Assembly: GCF_018350175.1 (NCBI RefSeq)
Contig: NC_058382.1
Location: 52,330,001-52,394,000, forward strand
Origin: Felis catus
Taxonomy: Eukaryota
Length of the DNA stretch: 64,000 bases
Direction: 5' to 3'
The translations under genes were made by a program, and so were the position numbers. Under the pieces are notes generated by a model that ran no database searches, was not told the DNA's origin, and saw only the letters and a list, made by a program, of their open reading frames with translations. Below are positions 1-12,380 of this stretch, piece after piece; position 1 is the stretch's first letter; the number at the start of each line of letters is the position of its first letter.

Positions 1-692
1 GAAGATGTTTAAAAGAAAAAAAAAATTACAACGTATTTCAAAAGAATTAGATTCTGGAATGTATCCAGTCATGAAAATAATATAGATTTCTTCTGTCTTC
101 GTGCACTCTGTTAAAACCATTAGGAATGAGCCGGCATGTTCCTTGTGGATGAAATGTAGGGGAACGTACCAAATTCCTATATCCCAGACCCAGAAGGGCC
201 TGTTCTCTGTAGCGGTTTGCTTTCCTCTTAAGCTTGCGTGCCACATCTTCCAGTGTCATTTTGTCTCACTGCCAGACTCAAGGCTCTGTCGGAGTCATAT
301 TTGAACCCGGAGTGGAGGTCTTTCTCATACAGAGCAAAAACAAGCTTACCTTTGCCGTGTGCACCACTGACACGCTGCCTTGTTAAGTCTCTAACGTTAA
401 GGTTTGAAATGTATTCTTTCTTTTTGAGAGATTCGCTGTGAGTTTTCCCTGGATAAGTGTATGCTCTGTGAATCTAGAGGAAAAAAAACCTAATAACCAC
501 AAAACCACTGCTCTGATTTATCAGGACTCACCTGTTCTAAGCACCTCCCATGTGTCCACTCATTTATTTCCTGCCATTCGCTACCAGCCGTGTAAGGTCT
601 GTAGGACCTGAGAAGAGCGTGTTCATCTATCTTGTGGAAGAGAAACGCATCGCAATGTAAGCACAAAGGCCATGCCTTTGACGTTGAAGACG

Positions 693-825
693 CAGGGCTC
701 TGAGCTTCAGCCCTTCCTTGTAGTGGGCAAATCACATGACCTCTCTGGACCTCAGGTTTTCTTTTTCTCTTTGGAATGGAGAAAATCGTTCCCACATCTT
801 TGGGTTGTTTGTGGATTAAGTCATC
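693..825 (+). mobile_element. MIR SINE fragment
   Basis: gggcaaatcacatgacctctctggacctcaggttttc...gggttgtttgtggattaagt resembles the MIR core. Confidence 0.6.
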
Positions 826-1438
826 ACTCAACCCTGGGGCATAGAGTAGACCCTCAAGAAATACTGGTTTTCTTGTGTCCTACTTGTTAATGTGAACTTT
901 CTTGGGGTTTACTGATTTCTGAGGACACACAAGAAGCTACTGTCAGGGATGTTGTCTCTTATTTGACCCCAAAACACGTGAAGCTGTACCACACTGCGTG
1001 TTGGGAATGCCCTTGAACTCTGAATCCCAAGGAGAGCCCCTGGGCACCTACCGTTCTCTCTTCTGCTTGGTAATGAAATTGTAGCGTATTGCTGGAGCTG
1101 CTCATCCAATTCTGTGCCTTTTCAAGCCATATTAATGCTAATGGTGAGCGTATCAGCTTCCTCTGGTTTTTAGTGGCTCTACATTTTGTTCCTCTTGTTC
1201 TGTGCCTTTTCTTTCTTTGGGTCACCTTAAATCCGTTTTTGGAAGCAGATCAACTATGAATTACTAAAGTGATGTAGGTTGAAGTACAGGCATATCACAT
1301 TAAATCTGTTAATAATATAAGGCCAAAAGCACTTCATCTTGGTCTGCACTTTGGGGCATATTTCTGAATTGTCCACATTCAACAGAAGAGATGATGCAAT
1401 ACCCTTTGCAGAACTTAAAAAAACAGAACCTAAAAAAA

Positions 1439-1461
1439 TTTTTTTTAATGTTTATTTATTT

Positions 1462-1499
<38 letters not shown>

Positions 1500-1681
1500 C
1501 AGAGACAGACAGAACGTGAGCAGGGGAGTGGCAGAGGGAGAGGGAGACACAGAATCGGAAGCAGGCTCCAGGCTCTGAGCTGTCAGCACAGAGCCTGACG
1601 TGGGGCTCGAGCTCATCAACCGTGACACCATGACCCAAGCTGAAGTCGGACACTTAACCCACTGTGCCACCCAGGAGCCCC
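1439..1681 (-). mobile_element. Can-SINE (SINEC_Fc-type)
   Basis: Reverse-oriented: T-rich tail, (GA/GACA)n, gcaggctccaggctctgagctgtcagcacagag...ccacccaggagcccc head; no clear TSD. Confidence 0.95.
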
Positions 1682-2888
1682 AACAAGATGTATCTTTTAA
1701 TAAAACCATCCTGCGTTTGGAATTTGGGGGGGGGCTTTCGCTTTTATTTCCACTTTTTTTTTCCTCATATGATTTATATGATGCTAGATATTGTTTTCTG
1801 TCAAGGAGTATACCAGCTGCCCAGATGGCAAGACTTCTAGTCACAGAGAAGTACACACATGTATATGCATGCAATCACAGTTCTTCAAAGACCTGATATA
1901 CATTTACTTCTTCTTTCGTCTTTCTCTTTCTATTTCTTGATTATTCTCTTTCTCCTATGCCCATTATTATTTTTCAGTCAGCTGTTCTTAAATATCTTTG
2001 TGAAAAATGTATTTATCTCATATTCAGTTCATTCAGGATGGTTTCTAAAAACAACAAAAGCTAGCTATCAATCACAGTGTATGTGGACATTTGTAGACAC
2101 TACGTACTCAACAAATGGGTTCATTATATCATGCAGATAGCCACGTACACTTAGAAAATCTGCTTGGGGGCAGGGGGAGATAAAACCAACTATTTCAGCC
2201 TGCTCTTTTGATCCCGAGACTTTTTCTTTAACTCCGTATTTATGAATAAAACATTTTAATCGGAATTATATTAACAATGACCAATTTTTTTTTCCCCATG
2301 AGAGTCTAATACAGGATAAATTCCATTAAGTCAATTAAATATCTTGATCAACTTTTTAAACTTGATACAGATACTTAAGGTGTTGCTTTAAAAATTTTTG
2401 TATTTTACCAAACTCCTTTTCACCAGGACCTTTCCCCACACCCCTCGATACATTGTACAGCCAAGAGGTCATCATCTGCTTTTTGCACACGCCGAGTTTT
2501 ACAGCTTTTGTCTCATGAGATTTTTGGGTCGGGTATTCCCACCAAACCACACTTTTAGATCTCAGTCTCACCACGTGCAGTTTTGTTTTCCGTGAGTCTT
2601 TGTGATGGTTAGTTCATCCAGAAGTATATGTTATGGATTTGATAAACGACTGGTATTCATTTCGCAGCTAATACCTAAGAAATTCCTCTGTAAGTCTGTT
2701 CCGACATTCTAGGGTTTCTCAGTTATCCGGGATTGGTCTCTGAGGCTGTTGCTTTCTGTTTCTTTTACGAACTTCCAAACATTTGGATGATTTTGAAACG
2801 CGTGCCCTTACTGTGTGGTGGCCAGGCAGGTGGTAAAGGATGGGTCAACGTGTCCTGTTGGTGCTCCAGAACATTGTCTTTCAAACCT

Positions 2889-3133
2889 GTTTTGTTTTGT
2901 TTTGTTTTAATGTTTATTTTTGAGAGAGAGAGAGACAGAGACAGAGAGACATAGAGACAGAGAGAGGGCGAGTGGCAGAGAGGCAGCGAGAGAGGGAGAC
3001 AGAGAATCTGAAGCGGGCTTCAGGTTCTGAGCTGTCAGCACAGAGCCCGACGCGGGTCTCAAACTCACAGACTGTGAGATCGTGAGCTGAGCCGAAATCG
3101 AATGCTTAACCAACCGAGCCACCCCAGAGCCCC
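2889..3133 (-). mobile_element. Can-SINE (SINEC_Fc-type) with TSD
   Basis: Full reverse copy; TSD TCAAACCT at 2881-2888 and 3134-3141. Confidence 0.95.
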
Positions 3134-3744
3134 TCAAACCTTTTTTGATTACCACGGAAGATTTTTATGTCACAACCCAGTGCATGTATCCCCACGTTTA
3201 TACGTGTGTGTGTATCTTTGTGTATTACATGCGTGTGTGTGCACGTGCGTGTGTGTGTCTGAAACAAACATTTTATGGAACAGCTCTCTAACTGTGGGTG
3301 GTGTTGTCGGCTGTTTTCTTCTTGATTGTATTTCATTTTTAAAAGTGCTGATTGTGACCCAGTTTTACCACCCACTATATAGCAATCTGTCCTTTGAAAA
3401 TTGCCGCTCTCAAACTATTTGATCTTCTCCCATCTGACAAATGTTCATTGAGTGCCCTCCTGTGCTGCCGCAGGGGGGAGAAAATGCAAAAGTGAGCAAG
3501 TCAGAATCCTTGGCCTGTGGGTGCTTCCGTTAAACAGGGCAGCGATATATGAAGAATGTTGGCGTGAGGAGACACGGGGACCACTGGACACACAGTGCTC
3601 TTCTCCTTTGGGGGCAGATGTAAGAGTAGCCAATAATGCAGAATGAAGACGACCTCTTTCTTTACCGAGACTTGAAGGATGTGTAGGAGGGGAAGCAGGT
3701 AGATAAAGAAAAGGGGAACGTTTCAGGTAGACTTTGCAGCAGTG

Positions 3745-3912
3745 GTAGGGCCAGCGCCTCCTCTGGAGACAAATTTAAGGATGTGCTAAAAAAAACCCCC
3801 GTGATCAAGATAAACAGTATTTTAATGCAATATTAAGAAAAGTCAAAATCAGTGCGAGAAGCTCATGGTGAATAAAATTTCTAATGTTAAAGCAAAACAG
3901 GGTCAGTGTTAT
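3745..3912 (+). mobile_element. hAT DNA transposon relic, MER96B-like
   Basis: caaatttaagg...tcaagataaacagtattttaatgcaatatt...aaaacagggtcagt resembles the recalled MER96B consensus. Confidence 0.55.
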
Positions 3913-4084
3913 AGTAAAGGATTTGTGCTGAGTCACGCAGGAGGTGAAGGCCAAAAAGCAAAACAAAACAAATCAAAGGCCCCCCGAGGACCTGGTTGAA
4001 GATGTGGGATCTTATGATCTTGTGTTAATATTGACGATGATGGCGATAAGACTGTGATGATGAGGGGGATGATACGAAAATACC

Positions 4085-4300
4085 CTAACACTTAGGGAGT
4101 GGTTGCTGTGTCTTCCAGGGCTAGTATACATACCTTATCTATTTCTCACTGTGGGTCTTTGAGAATGGTGTCCCCTGTTGTTGTTGCTGAGGAAGCCGGG
4201 AAGGGTGAATAACCTGCTCAGGGCCACATAACAAAAAGCAGTAGAGTGGAGATTTGAGCTCTTTCCCGTGGACTCAATTGCTCAAGCTCCAAATCCCTAC
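4085..4300 (-). mobile_element. MIR SINE
   Basis: gctgaggaagccgggaagggtgaataacctgctcagggccaca...gagtggagatttgagc is a reverse MIR core. Confidence 0.6.
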
Positions 4301-5333
4301 CCCCGATGGCCTCTGCTGGCTCCAGGTTGTGTCTGGGCTTTAGAGAGGCCATTTATATGGCAGTGAGAAAGTGAGTCGGGAAGAAGAGACTTTTGAGCCT
4401 AGAGACCAATAGATAGGTTGAAAGAATTGGCCTTTTGAAGGTTTTCTGAGCCTGTACAAAGGCAGTATCAGGGGCCAGGAGATAAAATTTTGCAGAAGCA
4501 AGAGAAACAACTTTCGATGTGTTAACCGAACATGGGAGATACGTGGCCAGGAAATACATGGGGGAATATATACCTATGTGGGTGAATTTGTTGACACGCT
4601 CACAGGTACATGCATGCATCAGTAAACAAGTAAAGGAAGATATCTGACATTTAAGTTTTGTTTAGTGCTTAACAAAATATTATCCTGTCTCTTCTTTTTT
4701 AAAACAGTGGTGTGACATTTTTGCCTCCGGGATATTGGGTACAGGTGATAGGATAGTATCGTGAACATAATTTAAGTATTTTTCCTTCAAGTAGGTGTGT
4801 TGTTTATCTCAATAAATAACTATGAGCACCGTGAGTCTGTGGTGTCTCGGAAACATCTTGATCTATGTTTTTGGTGATGACACTTCACGAATGATGTAAG
4901 ACAGGTTCTAAGAAAGGAATATTAAGAGTAGCCACACATGTCACTTCTATAACATGTATAAAAATTATCATGCCTCTTCATTATTTAAGTAGCTGTGGCC
5001 TTTCAGTGAACACCAGCATTAACAAACCATGTTAACGTGATTTAAAATACGTAATGAAATTTGCAATGCCATCTGATGACGGAGCTCTCAAATTAGCCCA
5101 CTCAGCATTGACCGACCATCCTTATAAAGGGCTGCCTGCACTGTGAACAGAGACGGTGCGCATCCTCTTGTGGGCTGGCAGCATTTCGTCAAGCATTTTC
5201 TTAAGCGATGCCACCAGCAGGATGGTTTATTCAGTGTCAAAATGCCATGCCACACATGCCCATCCTCCGGTTTTATTCTGCCGCGCACGTAGGGGAGTTG
5301 GCGTATGTTCAGACTGACTGGTAACGGTCTCTG

Positions 5334-5336
<3 letters not shown>

Positions 5337-5380
<44 letters not shown>
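5337..5380. repeat. (GT)22 microsatellite
   Basis: Direct reading. Confidence 0.98.
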
Positions 5381-5383
<3 letters not shown>

Positions 5384-5821
5384 CTTTCTTTTTCTTCATT
5401 TTGTTACCACTGTCCTCATTAAGGGCCTTTCCTTGGCCTTTTTTGGTTGTCTGATGACAGCTCTTCCACTGCAGAATTATCTGGGGTACACCAGGCTCTC
5501 CTGCAAATATGCCATCTTGCTGCTTGGAATAAAATGGCAGAAAGTTTTCTCTTTGAGTCCAGATTTGGTTCTTTCAAAGTAGTGACTAATTACAGGTCTT
5601 AGTGTCCAGAGCTGTACCGTGCAGATGTCACCTCATGTCCTGCACACTTGTCCTGAGCAGGCGAAGGTGAATTCGATCGAAGTTAGTGGATGGAAATAGA
5701 AAAACTCTTTGTTCTTCTCTTTTCTCTTTCTTTCTTTCTTGCTTGCTTGCTTCTGCTTCTGCTTCTTTTTAATTCACAATTGCTTTTCCCCCCAAGGCTA
5801 AGCTTTCTTTTGGGAATTCTT

Positions 5822-6039
5822 TTTTTTTTTTTCCAACGTTTATTTATTTTTTTTGGGACAGAGAGAGACAGAGCATGAATGGGGGAGGGGCAGAGAGAGA
5901 GGGAGACACAGAATGGGAAACAGGCTCCAGGCTCTGAGCCATCAGCCCAGAGCCTGACGCGGGGCTCGAACTCACGGACCGCGAGATCGTGACCTGGCTG
6001 AAGTCGGACGCTTAACCGACTGCGCCACTCAGGCGCCCC
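5822..6039 (-). mobile_element. Young Can-SINE (SINEC_Fc) with perfect 16-bp TSD
   Basis: TSD TCTTTTGGGAATTCTT at 5806-5821 and 6040-6055; CpG-intact body with ccatcagcccagagcc...gacctggctgaagtcgg. Confidence 0.97.
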
Positions 6040-7551
6040 TCTTTTGGGAATTCTTAATAGCCCTTCCTATAAGACTCTCTGGTTTGACAGCATTCATGAA
6101 GCTCACCGAAGGTACGTATAAGAGGAACGTGAACTTAGCACCTTCCACTTTCTTGACTCTCCATGCTGGAGGTCGCAGGAAAGGGCCCCTTTTCTAGAAG
6201 AGGAAACTAAGGAGGCACCCCCACCCCCGCCCCTGGGAGAGGAAGGGAGCACAGCTCGCTCTGGTTGAAATTGGTCTGCAGACTATTTCAGTCTTTATTT
6301 TCTACCCTTCCCCCTTCCCTGTCAGCTGATTGTTTTGTTTCATTTATATAGCATTGTTTGAGCTAAACGTTTATTTAGTTTATCTCACATATACAACATG
6401 TGTCTACTTAAATTATGTGCAGCATTTGAAAAATAAACAGAATATAAGTCACATAGTTTTTTGGCATTAAGACAAGAAAGAATCTGACCTTGAAAAGTGT
6501 ACGTGTGTTTACATTTATATATGTGCACGTGCAGGAATACATGTCTAAACTCATCTGAGTACTGGAGGCTGCTGATAGGTGGCGCTATCATTCACTTGTA
6601 TGTGGCTTGGGGGACAAGCGATGGAACAATTAGAACATCCTTCTTGGGCCTGGGAGGGAAGAAAACAAACCCTTTATTTCCCACAGTTTTCATTCCCTGT
6701 GTCACCTCGGTATTTAACTGACTTCACTTACACGACTACTTGAAGTTTTCCCAGGCTAGTTGCTACTATCAATTATAACCTAGAGGGATAATATTAGTAA
6801 ACGAATGGAGGCTGGCAGACGACTTTGGAAGAACTGATCCGTGAGCACCTGGCTTGGTAGGATGAAGTAAGTCTTTCTTTGGTAGTCTCAGGTGGCCACA
6901 GTCCTGCCACAACCTTGGCGATATGTAGGCCACGCCCGTTAGTTTAGAGATCAAGAAACTAGACCCTGAAGTGTCAAGAGACTGTTTCAAGTTCAGGCCG
7001 AGGGAGCGTTTTCACTGTGCTATGAGACGCTCACCTATTTCCCGTTTTAACGGATGTGGCATTTCCAGTATTTTCAATGATTGCATATTTCTTGCGTAAC
7101 TGGATATTTCAAAGTGGCCTAGGAGTTACGTGTTGTGTTATAAATACAGTTCGTTGGTCATCTGAGTGAAAAGGGTATGATGACCCCAGATTTCATCTTT
7201 CGTCACGAGAAGCAACTTCTTTTTTTTCTTCCTTTTCTTTGTTTTCTCTTCTCTCTCACCATGAGGTCAAGTGGTATATCTACCCTTCCACTTACGTGTG
7301 CTTTTCTTCCTATTTTCTTTAAAATCTGTGCTTGTGAGTATCTCTGGTGCATGGTTTAACTGTAAAATACCCAGTACCTGTTTGCTTTTTATGGGACAAA
7401 ATTTACTTTTGCATTTCTGTATGCCATTATTATTTGCTGCTGCTGTTTGCCTGTGGATGTTCTTGGAAATCATCTTCTAGTTTAAATGCAATTAAGTATT
7501 TACAAATAATGTCAGTGACTTGTTTGCATTCTCAATCAACCTAAAGGTCTC

Positions 7552-7677
7552 CTTTTTTTTTTAAGTTTAATATTATTTTCTTTTAATAGTCTCCATATCC
7601 AACATGGGGCTCAAACTCATAACCCTGAGATCAAGAGTCCCATGGTCTTCCATTTGAGCCAGCCAGAATCCCCCCCG
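7552..7677 (-). mobile_element. Short older Can-SINE lacking the CT-repeat region
   Basis: ccaacatggggctcaaactcataaccctgagatcaagagtc...gagccagccagaatcccc with a T tail. Confidence 0.85.
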
Positions 7678-9249
7678 AAAAGGCCTTCTTGATGTAACAA
7701 ATGAAAAATTGCAAGATTAAACTTAAGAGTCCCAAGATATGGTACATGACAGAGTAGTGAATGCCTCTTTCCCAGACCGAATGGTCCATGGTAGGGCTTA
7801 TCTAAACCCATCTCAGAACATCTCAGAATCATCTTTGATTAGCTTACCCTTATTTTGCCTTTCTTGTTAATTATTTGACCCATAATTTAGCTGCATGGAA
7901 ACTTGGGTGTGGCTTGATGCGCATAGATCCTCACTGTTCAGTTCTAGAAACGCTTTCATTTTGAAAGTCTTTACCTCTCAGTTTTAGTAACGTCTGACTA
8001 TTTAGGACAAAAATCCACCACTCCTATACCTCTAATTATGGTTGGTACTGAAGCTGCATGGGGGTCTGTGCTGGGGGTGCAGGTGGTGAGGCCTGGAGTT
8101 TCATAGGTAGACTTTGCATCATACAAGACATTGGCCTGCACGCTATACATATATTTGTATGGACATTTACAGTCGGGGATATTCAGGAAAGCGAAATTTT
8201 TAAAAAGTTATTTTGAGAGATAGAGAAATACCTAATTACTGCACTTTATGTAAATCTGAAGTAATTTCCCCCTAGAAAAGTACTAACTACACACTTTAGT
8301 TCTCTGTCCTCTGTCTCTGAATTAGTCAAGTGTGGTTGCTGCCTTAACTTGCTCAGCTGGAAACCGCTGGCTCCGAGGACTCTGGGCTCACGCGATGGGT
8401 TAAACACAGGGACCCTGAGTATGGAACCGACGCAGAATATTCATAAAGCCAGGCCGCACGGTTTCCTAGGAAGGTAACCCTGCTGTGTTTCTCTAGTGTC
8501 CATAAAACCCAGTCCACACAGCAGCTCTGTCGGTGGGTGACGGGGATTTTGCTGATGGTTTTACAATCAGGGATAGTTTATTATTATTATTCTTAGGATA
8601 TTTTAGTGCATGCTTTTATGCGTGGTATTAAACTATGGCATCTTCAGTGGAAACTGAACCGAGTGCCATCATTTCCCCGGATGTCACTCTGACCCCGTAA
8701 CTTGGGCCTTTCGGCAGTCCCTTTGTGCATTCATTGTGGCATTTTGTATGAATTCATTCTTTTCACCTGCTGGACGGGGATGGGGTGAGGGGATGGGGTA
8801 CGCTCGTAGCGAATGGAACCGAGATTACAGATCATACAGGTGCCGTGTCAGTTATTAACCTTGGAAAGTGAAAGCCGCCTGTAAATTCTCAAGGTAGCCT
8901 TTGAAGTCTTCGGTCTTGTAGAAGCTGGCTTGGGATGGAGGCAGTGAGTCACGAGTATCATTTTCATGCTTCCCCGTAGGTTCTGGGTAAGCAGTTTGTA
9001 AACGTGCATCTAAACGCACCCTGTGAGCTTATAATAAGTCTCATTCTTCACGTTCTTGAAGTGTGGGTGATGGTATTACATAAAGTCCATCTCGGAATAC
9101 AGTGATTCCCAGAAAGTCCACATGGTTTTTCATTGCAGTCGTATTGAAATCTGCACCCATATTTTAGGACAGTCCTGTCTGTAGTCTTCTCATTTGAGCA
9201 TCCTTTGGATTATTTTCAGGGTTACATGGGAGGGTAGAGAGAAGAAGCG

Positions 9250-9430
9250 TTCTGCTGAGTGCTAGGCGAGGGCTCAGGTATGTTTTGTATGTCATTCCGA
9301 TTACCTTACTTCCCACAGGAACCTAGCAAATTGTACATTATGATGCCCATTTTAGAGATGAGGAAATCGAGGCCTTGCCTGCATCGCGCAGCTCGCAAGG
9401 GACAGAGCTGAGCATGACAGAGCTGACATG
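9250..9430 (-). mobile_element. MIR SINE
   Basis: atgatgcccattttagagatgaggaaatcgaggc is the reverse MIR core. Confidence 0.75.
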
Positions 9431-11547
9431 CGTGCCCTCCCCCACTGCATCTCGCTGCTTCCCTGGGATGCTCTCCAGGGCCCCCCAGGGCTTTCGCAGG
9501 CTCCAGCCCTGACCCCAGGGCTGAGTGTTGTTCCTGGGATGGGCGCCATGGATGGAGCCTGGTACTGTTGCCCAAGGAGCCGATCTGCCCCTCCGTTGTT
9601 GGGGAATGTGTGGTCAGGAATAGGATAGCGGCATGCGGGGAGGATGGTTCCGGTCCTTCCCTCTGAGATGGGTGACCTGAGGCCTGGAGACAATGAAGCG
9701 ATGGAGAGTTCGAGTAAGCTGCCATTTCTGAAATTCCCGGGGGCCCAGGGGGCTGCTTGCACTTTCTTGGTTTCTTAGTTGTTTTCTACTTCAGAACCCC
9801 CTTTGCCCCGTACTCCTTCTATGCCCTTTCCTTTCCTCCTCAGATACTAGTGCTTCACGTGCACAGATTTCTCCAGCGCTCACGGGAACAGACCAGAGAT
9901 CGAGCGGAGTAGCTGTTCTGCCGCTGCCTGCTCCTTCTCTACAACATGGACCTGAATAACTCAGATCTGCGCTTTGCAAGACAAGCAACTGACTCAGCTT
10001 ATGGCGGACACGTCCAGTGACCCCGCTACGTGTTTGCTTTTGAGGAACTAGAGAGTAGATTTGAGCCCCTTTAGAGTATGGAATGCAGGCCATTCTGGAC
10101 CCATTCAGGTGGCCCAGCAAGAGTCGGTGGGACCCGTGAGGTGGAACGGGCCTTGAGCGATGCGATATTCAGTATTAAATGCGTGCTTGGTTTGAGTTTT
10201 TAGTCTGTTCTATTAGGAAGTACCCCTTGTATCTCCCTGTAAGCTTGGGAAGTGTTTTCCTTGGAGAGGACTGCCAATCCCACTTATCAGCAAGGATATG
10301 GATATCGCTAATCACATTTGTCAAATTCTGGGCACAGATATGACCCATGCCATGGCTCACATTTCACACCTGAGTAGCGGGCATGCAGCACAGTGCTGAT
10401 GGTGATCAAACCATCCGGTCATTACTATGCTGCCCTCCCGGGAGTTGGGTGCTGCAGCCTGTGTGTGCCGTTCCACGTGTGGTATGTGTTTCTTAAGACC
10501 TGATTCAAACGGCACATGGGAATTTCACTGTCCATGAAAACTGTACCCTTCACACACAGGTCTTGGGAATCAGAGAGCCCACCTAGCAAATTCTAGTTTC
10601 TCCTGGGTGTCCTGTATTTAACACGGGTCCTCCTAGCACCTGAGTCACCATCCACGGCTCTTGTATTGTAACTTACCCAGATGAGGAACTGATGAGGAAG
10701 GCCAGAAGTTGGGGACGGAGGGGTGGTAAATAGGAGTGTATTTGGGGAAGGTAGGGAGTTCTGGATTGAGAAGACCACCCACACGAGCCAAATGTGTGTG
10801 TAGCTGGGGCTTGAGATCTTATTTAATGAAAGAAGAAATAATGACAAGCCAAACAGGGCCCTTTGCAAGCATCCCCACTTGGGTACATCCAAACCAGCGA
10901 CCGGCGAGGCAGCCCGGGGCAGTGTAAAGCTGTTTTCAAAATCAGGGCCCTTCACCGTCCCCAAACCCTTGCAGGTCAGGCCTGAACACCTTCTCTGTGC
11001 CCCGTGTAAAAATACACTTCGAGGAGATTGGATACGCCCTATGAATTATACCTTATTTATTATCATTGAGTCCCCCCTTCTTCCGTCATGCTTTAGAATT
11101 ATGGGCTGGAGCAGTTCTTAATACTCTATTTATTTTAGGGGAGGAAAATGTTTTTCTTCAACCACAACATTCATGCAATACCAACTGCTGGCAGTTTCCC
11201 CAGCATTTAAGGAAATATTGTTGTAAGGCTTTTATGTTCTGTACTTCAATCAGCCAGACCCAGCAGTATCCCAATAGAAGGACCCTCAACAGACCATTTT
11301 CAGCATTTTGCTACAATTAAACTCCTCTGGTTTTAGCCCTCAGGCAATTTAGTACCTTTTTACATATGCACATTATGAACTTTTGACCAGGGTCTAGCAG
11401 TCATATATTAGAGTGTTGCTCTCGAAAGCAGGCTTAACAAGTTCCTCTGAGTATTACAGTTGGAGTCAGTCGTGGAAAAGGTAATTTAAGCAACTTGCAG
11501 CGAGGCCATTCAGAATCTCAGCGATGACCCTAAATATCTCTCGCTTG

Positions 11548-11600
11548 TGCTCTCTCTCTCTCTCTCTCTCTCTCTCGCTCTCCTTTTTTTTTTTTTTCCT
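11548..11600. repeat. (CT)n followed by poly-T
   Basis: Direct reading. Confidence 0.9.
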
Positions 11601-12099
11601 TGTTTCCTCTGGAAGCTGGTAGCAAGAGCTTTCAAAGTCTGTGATTGATCTTTTATTCAGTAGCTAACGAGGGCTGTGATTCTATTAGCGTGCTACAAGG
11701 CAAGAGAACAGTGATTTAATGAAGTGTCTAGTGAGCCGGCCATAGATTTATCCTGTTGTCGCTAATTTGCAGTGCCGTTGTGAACATAAAGGAAGACTGC
11801 ACTCACACTGCTATTAAGCAGGTATTTCCTTAGTAAATTGTTGTAAGGTCAGGTACAGTTATCTCAGCAAAAGCAATGCCTTACCTCTTCAGTGTCTGCA
11901 GATGACAGCCGCCGTGCTGAGCGCCCACTGAGGTGGAACCAGGAGATCAGAGGTCCGTCTCCAAGTCGCCCTTAGCGGAGGCAGGAGCAGATGAACTGCC
12001 AAGTAGGAGTAATAGAGTCATAATTGGTGATTAGAACTGGAAAGGTACAATAACATCTTAATACAAACTGGCGTATGTTATAGTTACTGTCAGTTGTTG

Positions 12100-12380
12100 T
12101 AAACTCGCCCTGCCGCCCCGACTAGTTACGCTTCCCTTGATTAGCTCGGGGAAGCGCGGCGCGGCGGCGGCGGTGGCAGGTGCACACGGGCACGCGCACG
12201 CGCCTAGAGCGTCCACACCGCTCCGCTCCCCGGGGCCCTGCCCTGTCTCTGCTAGTTCCCGTGGGCGCCGGCGCTCACCCCGCTCGGAACGCGCCATGGT
12301 AACCTTTTCCTACCACCCTGGGAGAACCGTGATGGCGTGGGTGTCCTCTGATTCCCCCGCCCCCCCCCCCTCTTTCCAGG
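12100..12380. promoter_or_regulatory. Small CpG island, candidate internal promoter
   Basis: Dense CpG with a (GGC)n run, GC boxes, NRF1-like CGCGCACGCGC 12193-12203 and RFX-like CCATGGTAAC 12293-12302; repeat-free AT-rich block upstream. Confidence 0.6.

Noticed and set aside
1339..1874. Recurrent ORFs with VSSSPTSGSVLTAQSLEPASDSVSPSLS / EREGDTESEAGSRL motifs across the window
   Set aside because: They are translations of Can-SINEs, not a gene family
10600..10930. Possible LTR fragment
   Set aside because: Could not be matched to a family or given termini
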